From contig JBFMAF010000026.1 in assembly GCA_040755995.1 (NCBI GenBank), forward strand, positions 76,889 to 140,888: 64,000 bases of DNA. The letters are read 5' to 3'. The DNA is from Acidobacteriota bacterium. GTDB taxonomy: Bacteria; Acidobacteriota; CAIWXX01. Positions within the stretch are counted from its first letter, which is position 1. Every line of letters begins with the position of its first letter. Under the pieces are notes generated by a model that had not been told where the DNA came from, searched no databases, and worked only from the letters and a program-made list of their open reading frames with translations. Both the position numbers and the translations under genes were made by a program. Of this stretch, positions 1 through 8,820 are shown in pieces.

Positions 1-2
1 GC

Positions 3-287
3 GGCCGCGTGGTCGTTGAGCGGCGATCACCCAACGCCTACCCTGTGGACGTGTGCGTGCGATTCGAAGACGGGAGGTTGGACCGATTCTCATGGAACGC
101 TGAACACCCCTCTGCGGAGTTCCAGTACTGGCGACCGGTAGCCGACGCGGAGGTAGATCCTGATGCCCGGGTCCTGCTCGACACCAACGGGATCAACGAC
201 TCGAAGATGAACCGGCCTGATACACGGGTGGCGTGGAAGTGGAGCGGGCTTCTGGCGGGGTTGGTACAGCTCCTCATCGCTTTCTGA
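3..287 (+). CDS. 3' end of a probable M1-family aminopeptidase-like protein (truncated by window edge)
   Basis: PVDVCVRFEDG...AEVDPDARVLLDTNGIND followed by a hydrophobic tail resembles C-termini of bacterial M1 peptidases; the catalytic part is outside the window. Confidence 0.5.
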   Translation, partial: GRVVVERRSPNAYPVDVCVRFEDGRLDRFSWNAEHPSAEFQYWRPVADAEVDPDARVLLDTNGINDSKMNRPDTRVAWKWSGLLAGLVQLLIAF

Positions 288-292
288 GACCG

Positions 293-1252
293 ATGACTCG
301 ACTCTATCGGCAGGCTATCACCGACCTGAGCCGTTGCCGAGGGCTTGTTCTGACGTTCTACATGCTCGGTCTCGTCCCGGCAGTGCTGCTGGTTCTGCCG
401 TTTCTTACCAAGATCACAGAGGTTCTCGGGCCGAGCCTCGCATCTGCGCGGCTTCTCCACCAGGCCGACCCGTTGCTCATCTACGACCTGCTCCAACAGC
501 ACGCCGATTTCATGTCACTCTTCCAGTGGCAGCTTTGCGTCGTGGTTGCAACGGGCTGCTTCCTGAGGCTGGTGCTCACCGGGGGAGTCCTCGATCACCT
601 CGCCTCCCCTGGACCGCTGGACCTTGGCCGGCTCTTCGCATCATCGCTCCGCGTGCTCCCAGGGATGCTCTGGCTGGGAGTGTTCGAGTTGGCGGCGCTC
701 GGCGGAATCGCACTCCTCCTCGATCTGCACATCTCCATCACCGCTATACAGGATGCGCCCACCGAGTGGCCCGCGTTCTGGTTGGGACTGACCAAGGTCG
801 CGATGTTGGGGGCTGCGCTGGCGGCAGTCCTTCAGATCTTCAAGTACTCGCGAATCCTGCTCTTCCGCTCAGGGGGCGCAGGCGCCCACGCGGCGATCGT
901 CGCGCTGGCGGACGGTGCGAGGTTCTTCTTCCGCAATCCCGGCGGTGCCATCGGGATTTCGCTTTACGCGCTCGGCCTGGTCGCCCTGGCCGTCATCATG
1001 AGGGCCACACTGACCTATGCCGCGGTTCAGCTCGATCTGCTCCCAGTGGCAGTGGGAGTCCTGAGCACGCAGGTGCTGGTCTTCTTTCATCAGTACATCC
1101 GGTTCCTGAACCTGGCGGCCTCGATGCAGTTCGCGGCGTCAGCCGCCGGCTCGGTTGAGACGCCCGAAAAGACGACGACTGCCGAGGGGGTGGACGCCGT
1201 GCTCGATGCACCCGGGAGTGGCGAGATCTCGGAGGAGGTGGGTGAGGTATGA
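293..1252 (+). CDS. Multi-pass membrane protein, unknown function
   Basis: About six hydrophobic segments; ATG at 293 just after the upstream stop; ATGA overlap with the next gene. Confidence 0.75.
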   Translation: MTRLYRQAITDLSRCRGLVLTFYMLGLVPAVLLVLPFLTKITEVLGPSLASARLLHQADPLLIYDLLQQHADFMSLFQWQLCVVVATGCFLRLVLTGGVLDHLASPGPLDLGRLFASSLRVLPGMLWLGVFELAALGGIALLLDLHISITAIQDAPTEWPAFWLGLTKVAMLGAALAAVLQIFKYSRILLFRSGGAGAHAAIVALADGARFFFRNPGGAIGISLYALGLVALAVIMRATLTYAAVQLDLLPVAVGVLSTQVLVFFHQYIRFLNLAASMQFAASAAGSVETPEKTTTAEGVDAVLDAPGSGEISEEVGEV

Positions 1253-1866
1253 ACTACGTCAAGAGACTGCTGCCCGAGAACGAGCAGATCCTGTTTCTGA
1301 CTCGAAGGCATGGGTTCGTCCTGTTGAAGAGGAGCTTCAAGGAGTCGTTGATCCTCGCTGCGCTCGTCGTCGGCCTGCTCGCGATCCGGAGGCTGCCTGA
1401 TCCGACATACGGGATGATAGCGATAGCCGTCGTCGCCGCGGTTGTGCTTCTGTCGATTCTCTTCGACGTCCTGCGGTGGCAGAACGAACAGTTCATCGTG
1501 ACGAACCGGCGAGTGATCAGCTGTTCAGGGATCTTCAACAAGAACGTGCTGGATTCATCGCTCAACAAGATCAACGACGTGATCCTGCGCCAGAGCTGGC
1601 TGGGGCGCGTCTTCGGGTACGGGACGATCGAGATTCTCACGGCGAGCGAGGAGGCGACGAACGTACTGGCCACGATTGCGAATCCCCTCGGCTTCAAGCA
1701 GGCGATGTTGAACGCCAAGGCGGGGCTGGAAGATGCGGTGCCTGCGCCGGCGGCGTCACCCTCCGCTACGCAGTTGCTCGAGGAGCTGGCGCAGCTCAAG
1801 GCGCGCGGGCTCATCTCCGAGGCGGAGTATCAGGAGAAGAGGAAGGAAATCCTCAAGCGCATCTAG
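1249..1866 (+). CDS. Membrane protein with bacterial PH domain and C-terminal SHOCT domain
   Basis: Two TM helices; FIVTNRRVI..SGIFNK...QSWLGRVFGYGTIEI; C-terminal LEELAQLKARGLISEAEYQEKRKEIL. Confidence 0.85.
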   Translation: MNYVKRLLPENEQILFLTRRHGFVLLKRSFKESLILAALVVGLLAIRRLPDPTYGMIAIAVVAAVVLLSILFDVLRWQNEQFIVTNRRVISCSGIFNKNVLDSSLNKINDVILRQSWLGRVFGYGTIEILTASEEATNVLATIANPLGFKQAMLNAKAGLEDAVPAPAASPSATQLLEELAQLKARGLISEAEYQEKRKEILKRI

Positions 1867-2044
1867 TTCCGTGAGGCTCCCGGCACGGAAATACCCCGCC
1901 GCACCAACAGGTCAGGGGCGCGGTGTTCGGCGGTCGCGATATACTCATCCTCTCGCGGCCGTATGAAGTTCCGTGACACAGTCCTCTTACGTTCTGGGGT
2001 CATATACGACGACGAGTCCCGCGACTCCGGCACCTCTCACACCG

Positions 2045-2074
2045 TTGACAGCCGCTTCGTTGGGCCGATATGAT
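2045..2074 (+). promoter_or_regulatory. Putative sigma70 promoter for the LysM/protease pair
   Basis: TTGACA-N18-TATGAT, about 70 nt upstream of ATG 2144. Confidence 0.5.
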
Positions 2075-2143
2075 CGACAGGCCATACAGAGAGACGCGGT
2101 GCCCGCGGGTTGGTCTCCGTAGGGTAGGAGGGTATTTGGGCGA

Positions 2144-2896
2144 ATGGCTTGGTACACCGTACGGCAGGGTGATTCTACTTCGAGTATCGCGTTTCGACAT
2201 GGCCTGCTCCAGGAGACCGTTTGGAATCATGCCAGTAATGCTGATCTGAGAGGAAGACGGCCGGATCGCAACATCCTTCATCCCGGAGATGTGGTTTTTG
2301 TCCCGGAACGGAGGCTGAGAGACGAGTCTGGTGCCACCGAAGAGCGGCACAGGTTTCGACGGAAGGGCGTGCCCGAAAGGCTGCGCATCCGCGTGATGAA
2401 GTATGAGGATGAGGCGGGGCAGGATGGCCAAGCAGGGGACGGCCAGGGCGCACGGCCGGCCTCTGCGGGCGCACAGGGCGCCCCAAGTCAAGATGGCACG
2501 GCAGCTCAGACTACGGCTAGATCCACCCCTCGCGCCAACGCCCCATACACGTTGGAGATCGACGGCGATCTCACCAGCGGCAACCTGGACGATGAAGGCG
2601 TCGTTGAATGCAGTATCAGGCCCAGTGCACGTGCGGGGAGGTTAGTCGTCGATGGCGGTACGCCCAACGAGCTGGTCTACGAGTTTCGAATCGGGCACCT
2701 CAATCCGATAACGGAGACAAGCGGCGTCAAACAACGGCTGGCGAACTTGGGATTCGGGTGTGGAGATCTTACGGAGGAGCCAACGCCCGGGTTCGCTGCC
2801 GCCCTTAGAGCATTTCAGGAAAAGAACGGCCTGACGGTCACAGGGGAGGCCGATGAAGCGACACGGAGCCGGTTACGGGATCTGCACCAGAGCTGA
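2144..2896 (+). CDS. LysM-domain and peptidoglycan-binding (PG_binding_1) domain protein
   Basis: N-terminal YTVRQGDSTSSIA...NILHPGDVVFVP; C-terminal QRLANLGF...AALRAFQEKNGLTVTGEADEAT; SD AGGAGG. Confidence 0.85.
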   Translation: MAWYTVRQGDSTSSIAFRHGLLQETVWNHASNADLRGRRPDRNILHPGDVVFVPERRLRDESGATEERHRFRRKGVPERLRIRVMKYEDEAGQDGQAGDGQGARPASAGAQGAPSQDGTAAQTTARSTPRANAPYTLEIDGDLTSGNLDDEGVVECSIRPSARAGRLVVDGGTPNELVYEFRIGHLNPITETSGVKQRLANLGFGCGDLTEEPTPGFAAALRAFQEKNGLTVTGEADEATRSRLRDLHQS

Positions 2897-2911
2897 GGTC
2901 GGAGAGAGTAC

Positions 2912-4147
2912 ATGCCGGTAACGGTTGAGCAGGGAGCGCAGGGGCATCGCCGTACCATTACCCCTGAGAACAATGAATACTATGTCTATATCAATGAGCC
3001 GCCGGACTCCAGCGATTCATCGAGCATTGACAACGCCCGCGACATCACGGTTTCTCTGCAAGGCGCGGTGATGCAGCAGGGTGCCGTTGCCCCCGGCGGT
3101 ACCGCCACAGTTCTTCCCGGCGCGCAATGGCGGCTTGCCGCCGATCAGAGAAACGTTCCCCACGAAGTCCTCGACCCGACGTATCAGACTTCGGTCCCCG
3201 TCAGTGGGAGCCCAGTCTACGTGGCCCCGACTACTCAACAGACTGGAACTGGGACGACAGTGAGTTTCACGACGTCGGGATGCGGCCTGGACAGGTACGT
3301 TGTGACCTTCTTGCAGAACGGGGCAACTGCCGGCGAAGCTCGGATTACGGTCAGAAAGCGAGTCATCTTCCACTATGTCGAGATGAACAAGCCCGGCGGT
3401 AGGTGGAGCCTGACGCAATTCCCGAGCACGGACGACCCCGGGACGAGGCTCACCGCAGACGAGCGAAACGTGTTACAGCATGCGATCGATTTCTACCGCG
3501 ACAACTACGGCATCTTGCTGGAACACGAACAACCCGGCGGAACCCCGGTCGCGGCGGTTGCGAGACCAGCCCAAGGACCTGCCGCCCTGTCTGACACTAG
3601 CAGGCTTTTCAACTATGCACACGATCGACCGCTCACTCAGGGCATCTATGATTCGGATCTTCCGGAGCGAGAGCTCTGGATCGTAGCGGTCAACCGATTG
3701 CCGGCGCCTTCGGATCCGCCTGGAGCCGAGGCCCCGCGGGGAGTCGCAGGCCACACGATAGCTACTATCGCCTGCAACAGTGTGCCGGCCAGCGAGTATC
3801 GACACAACAGTGACTGGCTCTTCGAGATCAGGCGGGTCTTGCTGCACGAGATCGGTCATACCCTGGGCCTGGTCCCCTACGGCGGGAGAGAGTATGGGCG
3901 GGCCGTAGGCCCCAGGGTGGGCGGCATTCGCGTCGCTCAGCCATGGAACGATGGACCTCACTGCGGAAACAGCGAATGCACAATGAACTTCGCCGTTGAC
4001 TCGGCGGTCGTGCTCAGCACGGTCGGAAGATCCGCGGGCCTGCCACACAACATGACGATCCGCTTCTGCGGTGACCAGGGACCTAACCAGTGCACCCTTT
4101 TCCTCAGGGCCAGAGACCTGCGGGAAGTCCTTCGCGTGCCGGGATAG
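2912..4147 (+). CDS. Putative zinc metalloprotease (metzincin/archaemetzincin-like)
   Basis: LLHEIGHTLGL motif, later HCGNSECTM and FC...C; 15 nt after the LysM gene. Confidence 0.7.
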   Translation: MPVTVEQGAQGHRRTITPENNEYYVYINEPPDSSDSSSIDNARDITVSLQGAVMQQGAVAPGGTATVLPGAQWRLAADQRNVPHEVLDPTYQTSVPVSGSPVYVAPTTQQTGTGTTVSFTTSGCGLDRYVVTFLQNGATAGEARITVRKRVIFHYVEMNKPGGRWSLTQFPSTDDPGTRLTADERNVLQHAIDFYRDNYGILLEHEQPGGTPVAAVARPAQGPAALSDTSRLFNYAHDRPLTQGIYDSDLPERELWIVAVNRLPAPSDPPGAEAPRGVAGHTIATIACNSVPASEYRHNSDWLFEIRRVLLHEIGHTLGLVPYGGREYGRAVGPRVGGIRVAQPWNDGPHCGNSECTMNFAVDSAVVLSTVGRSAGLPHNMTIRFCGDQGPNQCTLFLRARDLREVLRVPG

Positions 4148-4193
4148 TTCTACTTCCGCCCTCAGCTTGCAGCACACCGCGTAGCCGGACTCC

Positions 4194-4720
4194 TCATCGT
4201 GGTCGTTTGCCGGCTGCTTGCCCGACTGTGTCCATCAGTTGCCGCGCCTCGGCGAGCAGCTCGCGGTACCGCGGATGCAAGAAGCGGCTCTTGTCGACGG
4301 CTTTCTGGAGTTCCTCCTGAGCGAGTTGCACTTCGCCAGTTCTGTGCGCCAGCCCGCGTTCGATCTGTGCCTGAACAAGATGGAGAGCGCCGGAGGCTGC
4401 GAGCGCGTCCCATGGTCGGCGGTTTGCCGAGATAGCCCGTGCAGCTGCCGACAGGCCATCGCTGACGTCGGAGGCGGGGCTCTGTCCGCTCCGCAGCTTC
4501 CACTCCGCCCGCAACGAGTAGGCATCCGCCACAGAGGCGTACGTGCCGGCGTCATCCTGTTTCACTTCGATCGCCCTCCGGAAATGATCCATCGCCGCTT
4601 CCAGCCTCTGCATGGGAGAGGCACGCTCTTTCATCGCCCATCTTGCCGCGACCAACTCGAGATCACCTCCGTATTGATATGACACATGATAGTTGGGGTT
4701 CAGACCGATCGCCGCAGGGC
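4194..4720 (-). pseudogene. C-terminal TPR-like fragment of a Ser/Thr kinase-TPR protein
   Basis: Aligns by eye with the C-terminus of 44783..48385 (AEWK, GLxAA, GxLxL motifs); no kinase domain or credible start. Confidence 0.65.
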
Positions 4721-4810
4721 TGAGCACGCGCTCGATCACTCGATCGTCCGCTCCGGCCGGCAAGAGCGCAGAGGTGAGGGTGGTATAATGGGTGGTTTGG
4801 AGGAGGGAAC

Positions 4811-6835
4811 TTGAAGCCAGTGATCGAGGGGAGCGTCAGTTCGCGCCTCCTTGATGTCGTTGGCAAGGCCAGGCATGCGGTCATAGGGCGCCCGAAGGAC
4901 CCGAGTGACCCGCAGGTGTTTCACCAGATCTCGCTGCTGGCTTTCTTCGCCTGGGTCGGTCTCGGGTCGGACGGTCTGTCGTCGAGCTGCTACGGGCCGG
5001 AGGAAACAGTCCGCGCCCTGGGGGGCCACTCCGAGCTCGGCATCATCGTCGCGCTGGCCTCCGCGCTCACGATCTTCATCATCAGCTCGAGCTACCATCA
5101 GATCATCGAGCTCTTCCCGACCGGCGGAGGCGGCTACGTGGTGGCAAGCAAGCTCCTTTCGCCGGAGATCGGGATGATCTCCGGATGCGCCCTTATCGTC
5201 GACTACGTGCTGACAATCAGCATCTCCGTATCGAGTGGCGCTGACGCGCTGTTCAGCTTTCTACCGCACGGCTGGCTCTCATACAAGGTCGCTGCCATCG
5301 TCGCCGGTGTCCTCGTTCTGATCGTGATGAATCTCCGCGGGGTGAAGGAGTCGGTCGTTCCCCTGGTTCCGATCTTCCTGATCTTCATCGTGACGCACCT
5401 GTTCGCCGTTCTGTACACCTTCGCTTCCCACGGTCGGGACCTTCAACGGGTCGTCGGCGAGACGACGGCCGGCTTCCAATCCTCGATCTCGCAGCTCGGG
5501 CTCCTGGGCTCCATCGTCCTGATCATGAAGGCGTACAGCATGGGCGCCGGCACGTTCACCGGCATCGAGGCGGTCAGCAACGGGCTGCCGATCCTGAGAG
5601 AGCCGCGAGTGCGAACGGCGCGGCGGACGATGTGGTACATGAGCATCTCCCTGGCGGCGATGGTCATAGGCCTGATCGTCGGCTACATACTGTGGGGGGT
5701 CCACCCGACGCCGGATATGAGCAAGACGCTGAACGCCCTCTTTCTGGAGCGCATGGTCGCCTCATGGTCCTGGGGGTGGGGCCGTGTGTTCCTCACGGTG
5801 ACGCTCGTCTCCGAGGCGCTCCTGCTGTTCATCGCCGCGCAGACGGGCTTCCTCGACGGGCCCCGCGTGCTCGCCAACATGGCCCTGGACCGATGGATCC
5901 CAACCAAGTTCTCCATGCTCAGCAACAGGCTCGTGACCCAGAACGGAATCCTCCTGATGGGCGCTGCGGCTCTCGTCACCGTGTACGCATCCCACGGCTC
6001 GGTTCGTCTGCTGGTCGTCCTCTACGCCATCAACGTATTCATCACCTTCGCGCTCTCGCAGCTCGGCATGGTACGGCACTGGTGGCAGTCGCGTGCATCG
6101 GCCGATAGCTGGCGCAGAAAGCTCGCAATCAACGGCATCGGCCTCGTGCTGACCCTGTTCATCCTCATCTCGGTCGTGATTCTCAAGTTCGAGGAAGGCG
6201 GCTGGATCACGATCTTCGTGACGGGCAGCCTCGCCTTCGTCTTCGTTCTTATCCGGCGCCACTACCGGGCAGCCCAGAGACAACTCGAGAAGCTGAACGA
6301 TCTGATGCAACTGGTCACCGACGAGAAGGCCCCGATAAGCCCGAGGACCGACCGGACGGGCTTGCCCGCCTACGATCCCGCGGGCAAGACCGCCGTCGTG
6401 CTCGTAAACGGATACAACGGCATCGGGCTCCATACGCTCCTCAACATCTTCAAGCTCTTTCCGGAGACTTTCAAGAACTTCGTCTTTGTCTGCGTGGGCA
6501 TGATCGACGCGGGCAACTTCAAGGGCGCTGGGGAGGTCGAGAAGCTCTCAGCGCACGTGAAGGGAGAAACCCACCTCTACGTGGAGTACATGACTCAACT
6601 GGGGTACCACGCGGAGGGGTACACCGCCGTAGGGAACGACGTGGTCAAGGAGGTCATGGACCTGACGCCGAGGATCTTCGAAATGTTCCCCAACTGCATA
6701 GTGTTTGGAGGCCAGATCGTCTTCAAGGAAGAGACCTTCATAACACGCCTGCTCCACAACTACCTGACCTTCGCCCTGCAGCGGGGCTTCTACCACGAGG
6801 GCACGCCGTTTGTCATCGTGCCCATACGCGTCTAG
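4811..6835 (+). CDS. APC-family transporter (KimA/YdaO-like, possibly K+ or amino acid)
   Basis: SDGLSSSCYGPEE, FPTGGGGY, FTGIEAVSNG; about 12 TM helices plus a soluble C-terminal domain; TTG start with SD GGAGG. Confidence 0.85.
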   Translation: MKPVIEGSVSSRLLDVVGKARHAVIGRPKDPSDPQVFHQISLLAFFAWVGLGSDGLSSSCYGPEETVRALGGHSELGIIVALASALTIFIISSSYHQIIELFPTGGGGYVVASKLLSPEIGMISGCALIVDYVLTISISVSSGADALFSFLPHGWLSYKVAAIVAGVLVLIVMNLRGVKESVVPLVPIFLIFIVTHLFAVLYTFASHGRDLQRVVGETTAGFQSSISQLGLLGSIVLIMKAYSMGAGTFTGIEAVSNGLPILREPRVRTARRTMWYMSISLAAMVIGLIVGYILWGVHPTPDMSKTLNALFLERMVASWSWGWGRVFLTVTLVSEALLLFIAAQTGFLDGPRVLANMALDRWIPTKFSMLSNRLVTQNGILLMGAAALVTVYASHGSVRLLVVLYAINVFITFALSQLGMVRHWWQSRASADSWRRKLAINGIGLVLTLFILISVVILKFEEGGWITIFVTGSLAFVFVLIRRHYRAAQRQLEKLNDLMQLVTDEKAPISPRTDRTGLPAYDPAGKTAVVLVNGYNGIGLHTLLNIFKLFPETFKNFVFVCVGMIDAGNFKGAGEVEKLSAHVKGETHLYVEYMTQLGYHAEGYTAVGNDVVKEVMDLTPRIFEMFPNCIVFGGQIVFKEETFITRLLHNYLTFALQRGFYHEGTPFVIVPIRV

Positions 6836-6861
6836 GGCTGCTGCGTCCGCGCCGCGCGGAC

Positions 6862-7653
6862 CTAGGTGGAGTGCTGTCGGCCCGCGGTCCCGGGCGCGCC
6901 TTCAGCAAGGCGCACCTCCTTGAACAGCCGGGCCAGCGCAAACGGATCTATCGCCTCCACACGTTTGTCGAGCCCGATCCAGGCGTAGCTATCGAGCGAA
7001 TCCCTGCCGAGGAGATGTCGCAGGCTGTTGCTGAGCCTCTTGCGGCGCTGCGAAAACAGCTGCTTCAAGAACACGCCAAACTCGGCCGGTTCGCTTAGCA
7101 GCGGCGCCGCCCTCATGCGGAAGCCGACTAGCGCGCTGTCGACCTGCGGGCGCGGCCTGAAATGACTCCTGTGGACATCGAACAGGCGCTCGGCTGTGGC
7201 GAAGGCCGCGACCATGACCGCGAGCGATGAGTAGTCGCGCGAACCGGCGCCGGCGCAGATGCGCTCCGCGACCTCCGCCTGCACCAGCAACACGATGCCG
7301 CTCCACCGATGCCAGTTCACGAGCAGGCGGTGAATGAGAGGGGCGGTTATCTGATATGGGATGTTGCCTATGACGAAGATCGGATCGCGCCCGAGTGCAT
7401 CGAAGTCGAAGTGCAAAACGTCCTCGTTGAAGATCGTCAGCCGATCGCAGCCGAGCTCGTCTCGAAGGCGCGCTGAGAGCTCGGGGTCGATCTCGACCGC
7501 GTTCACGGTCGCTCCACACTCCAGCAGCTCGCGCGTGAGCGCGCCTCGCCCCGGGCCGATCTCCAGAACGTGTCTCTCCTCTCCGATCTGCTCCGCAATC
7601 CTCCGAGCGTACTTGCGCGAGATCAGAAAGTTCTGTCCCCACCGCGTGCCCAT
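6862..7653 (-). CDS. rsmA: 16S rRNA adenine dimethyltransferase RsmA/KsgA
   Basis: GQNFL, VLEIGPGRGALT, GNIPYQIT, FRPRPQVDS, FSQRRK. Confidence 0.95.
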   Translation of the reverse strand: MGTRWGQNFLISRKYARRIAEQIGEERHVLEIGPGRGALTRELLECGATVNAVEIDPELSARLRDELGCDRLTIFNEDVLHFDFDALGRDPIFVIGNIPYQITAPLIHRLLVNWHRWSGIVLLVQAEVAERICAGAGSRDYSSLAVMVAAFATAERLFDVHRSHFRPRPQVDSALVGFRMRAAPLLSEPAEFGVFLKQLFSQRRKRLSNSLRHLLGRDSLDSYAWIGLDKRVEAIDPFALARLFKEVRLAEGAPGTAGRQHST

Positions 7654-7817
7654 CGCCGTTTCCTATCTCGGTTCACCGGCCATGGTGAACACGAGCGGCT
7701 TCCGTCGGACTCGGACCTCTCCCGTCTTCGTGTCACTGCGCCTCCGCGTCGGGTGCGGCGCGCCCTCCCGCGCCTCCCAACTATGGCAGCCGGATTGTCT
7801 CAGTCTGGAGCCCGAGC

Positions 7818-8666
7818 TCAATCGGGCCAGTTGCCGTCGAACACGATGTCGGCATGGCCGGTGACGAACAGCGGTTCTCCTTCTGGCCACTCCACCATCA
7901 TGTCTCCGCCTGCCGTGTGCACCGTCACGCTTCGATTGGTGAGACCCTGGACGATGGCGGCTGTGGCCGCGGCGCTGCCGCCGGTGCCGGACGAAAGGGT
8001 TTCCCCCGCGCCTCGCTCCCAGAACATCACCGTCAGCTCGTCCCGGTTCATCACCTGGACGAAGTCGACGTTGGCCTTGTTGGGGAAGAGGGGGTGGTTC
8101 TCAATGACGGGCCCGAGGTCGCGCAGCGGGACGTCGGCGAGTGTCTCGAAAAACAGCACGCAGTGTGGGTTGCCCATGGATAGGGCCGTCACAGGCAACG
8201 TGGCGTCGCCGATGGGCAACGGGAAGTTGACTACCTTCTCCATGCCGGCGGGGGCGGTGAAAGGGATGCTTGCGGGAGCGAGCACGGGGGTTCCCATGTC
8301 GGCCACGAACGTGAATTTCCTATCCTTGTGGTCGATGAGCTCGAGCTGGCACCAGCCCGCCTGGGTGGTTATCTCCACCTTCGGCGACTTCACCAGGCCC
8401 TTGTGGAACAGGTAGGCGCCTGCGCACCGCAAGCCGTTGCCGGAGGTCTCAGCTTCCGTTCCGTCGCTGTTGAAGATTCTCAGGAAGTATGCCCCTCGCT
8501 TCGTTACGTGAGGAAAAACAAGCAGCATCCCGTCTGCTCCGACGCCGTAATGCCGGTTGCATATCTTGAGCGATATGTCTGAGAAGGAGGAAGTCTCGGC
8601 CGGTACGTCCTTCTCCTCCACGATCACGAAGTCGTTGCCGAGTCCTTGAGCTTTTGTGAACTTCAT
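7818..8666 (-). CDS. dapF: Diaminopimelate epimerase (Ser/Ser active-site variant)
   Basis: MKFTKAQGLGNDF, GVGADG, NSDGTEAETSGNG, SMGNPH, ERGAGETLSSGTG. Confidence 0.9.
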   Translation of the reverse strand: MKFTKAQGLGNDFVIVEEKDVPAETSSFSDISLKICNRHYGVGADGMLLVFPHVTKRGAYFLRIFNSDGTEAETSGNGLRCAGAYLFHKGLVKSPKVEITTQAGWCQLELIDHKDRKFTFVADMGTPVLAPASIPFTAPAGMEKVVNFPLPIGDATLPVTALSMGNPHCVLFFETLADVPLRDLGPVIENHPLFPNKANVDFVQVMNRDELTVMFWERGAGETLSSGTGGSAAATAAIVQGLTNRSVTVHTAGGDMMVEWPEGEPLFVTGHADIVFDGNWPD

Positions 8667-8704
8667 TGCCGTCGATTATACTACAAGTCTACGCCCGAGA
8701 TGAA

Positions 8705-8820
8705 TCCCCATTCCCCTTTTTTTCGCTCTTGTCCCTTTCCTCTTTCCCCTATTCACCACGCAACATCAGCATGACAGTTGCTCCTTCTCCCTTTTCCCTT
8801 GTCCCTTTCCCATTTTTCTC
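8705..8820. repeat. Pyrimidine-rich degenerate heptamer repeats (tttcccc/tgtccct)
   Basis: Two C/T tracts with roughly 7-nt periodicity; shares tttcccctattc with the reverse complement of 62250-62290. Confidence 0.55.

Noticed and set aside
1..8. NotI site at the window start
   Set aside because: May reflect a clone end or chance in GC-rich DNA; no biological inference possible
7663..7720. RKPLVFTMAGEP as a pdxA remnant upstream of rsmA
   Set aside because: Too short; better explained by the hairpin at 7667-7695 (gttcacc/ggtgaac)
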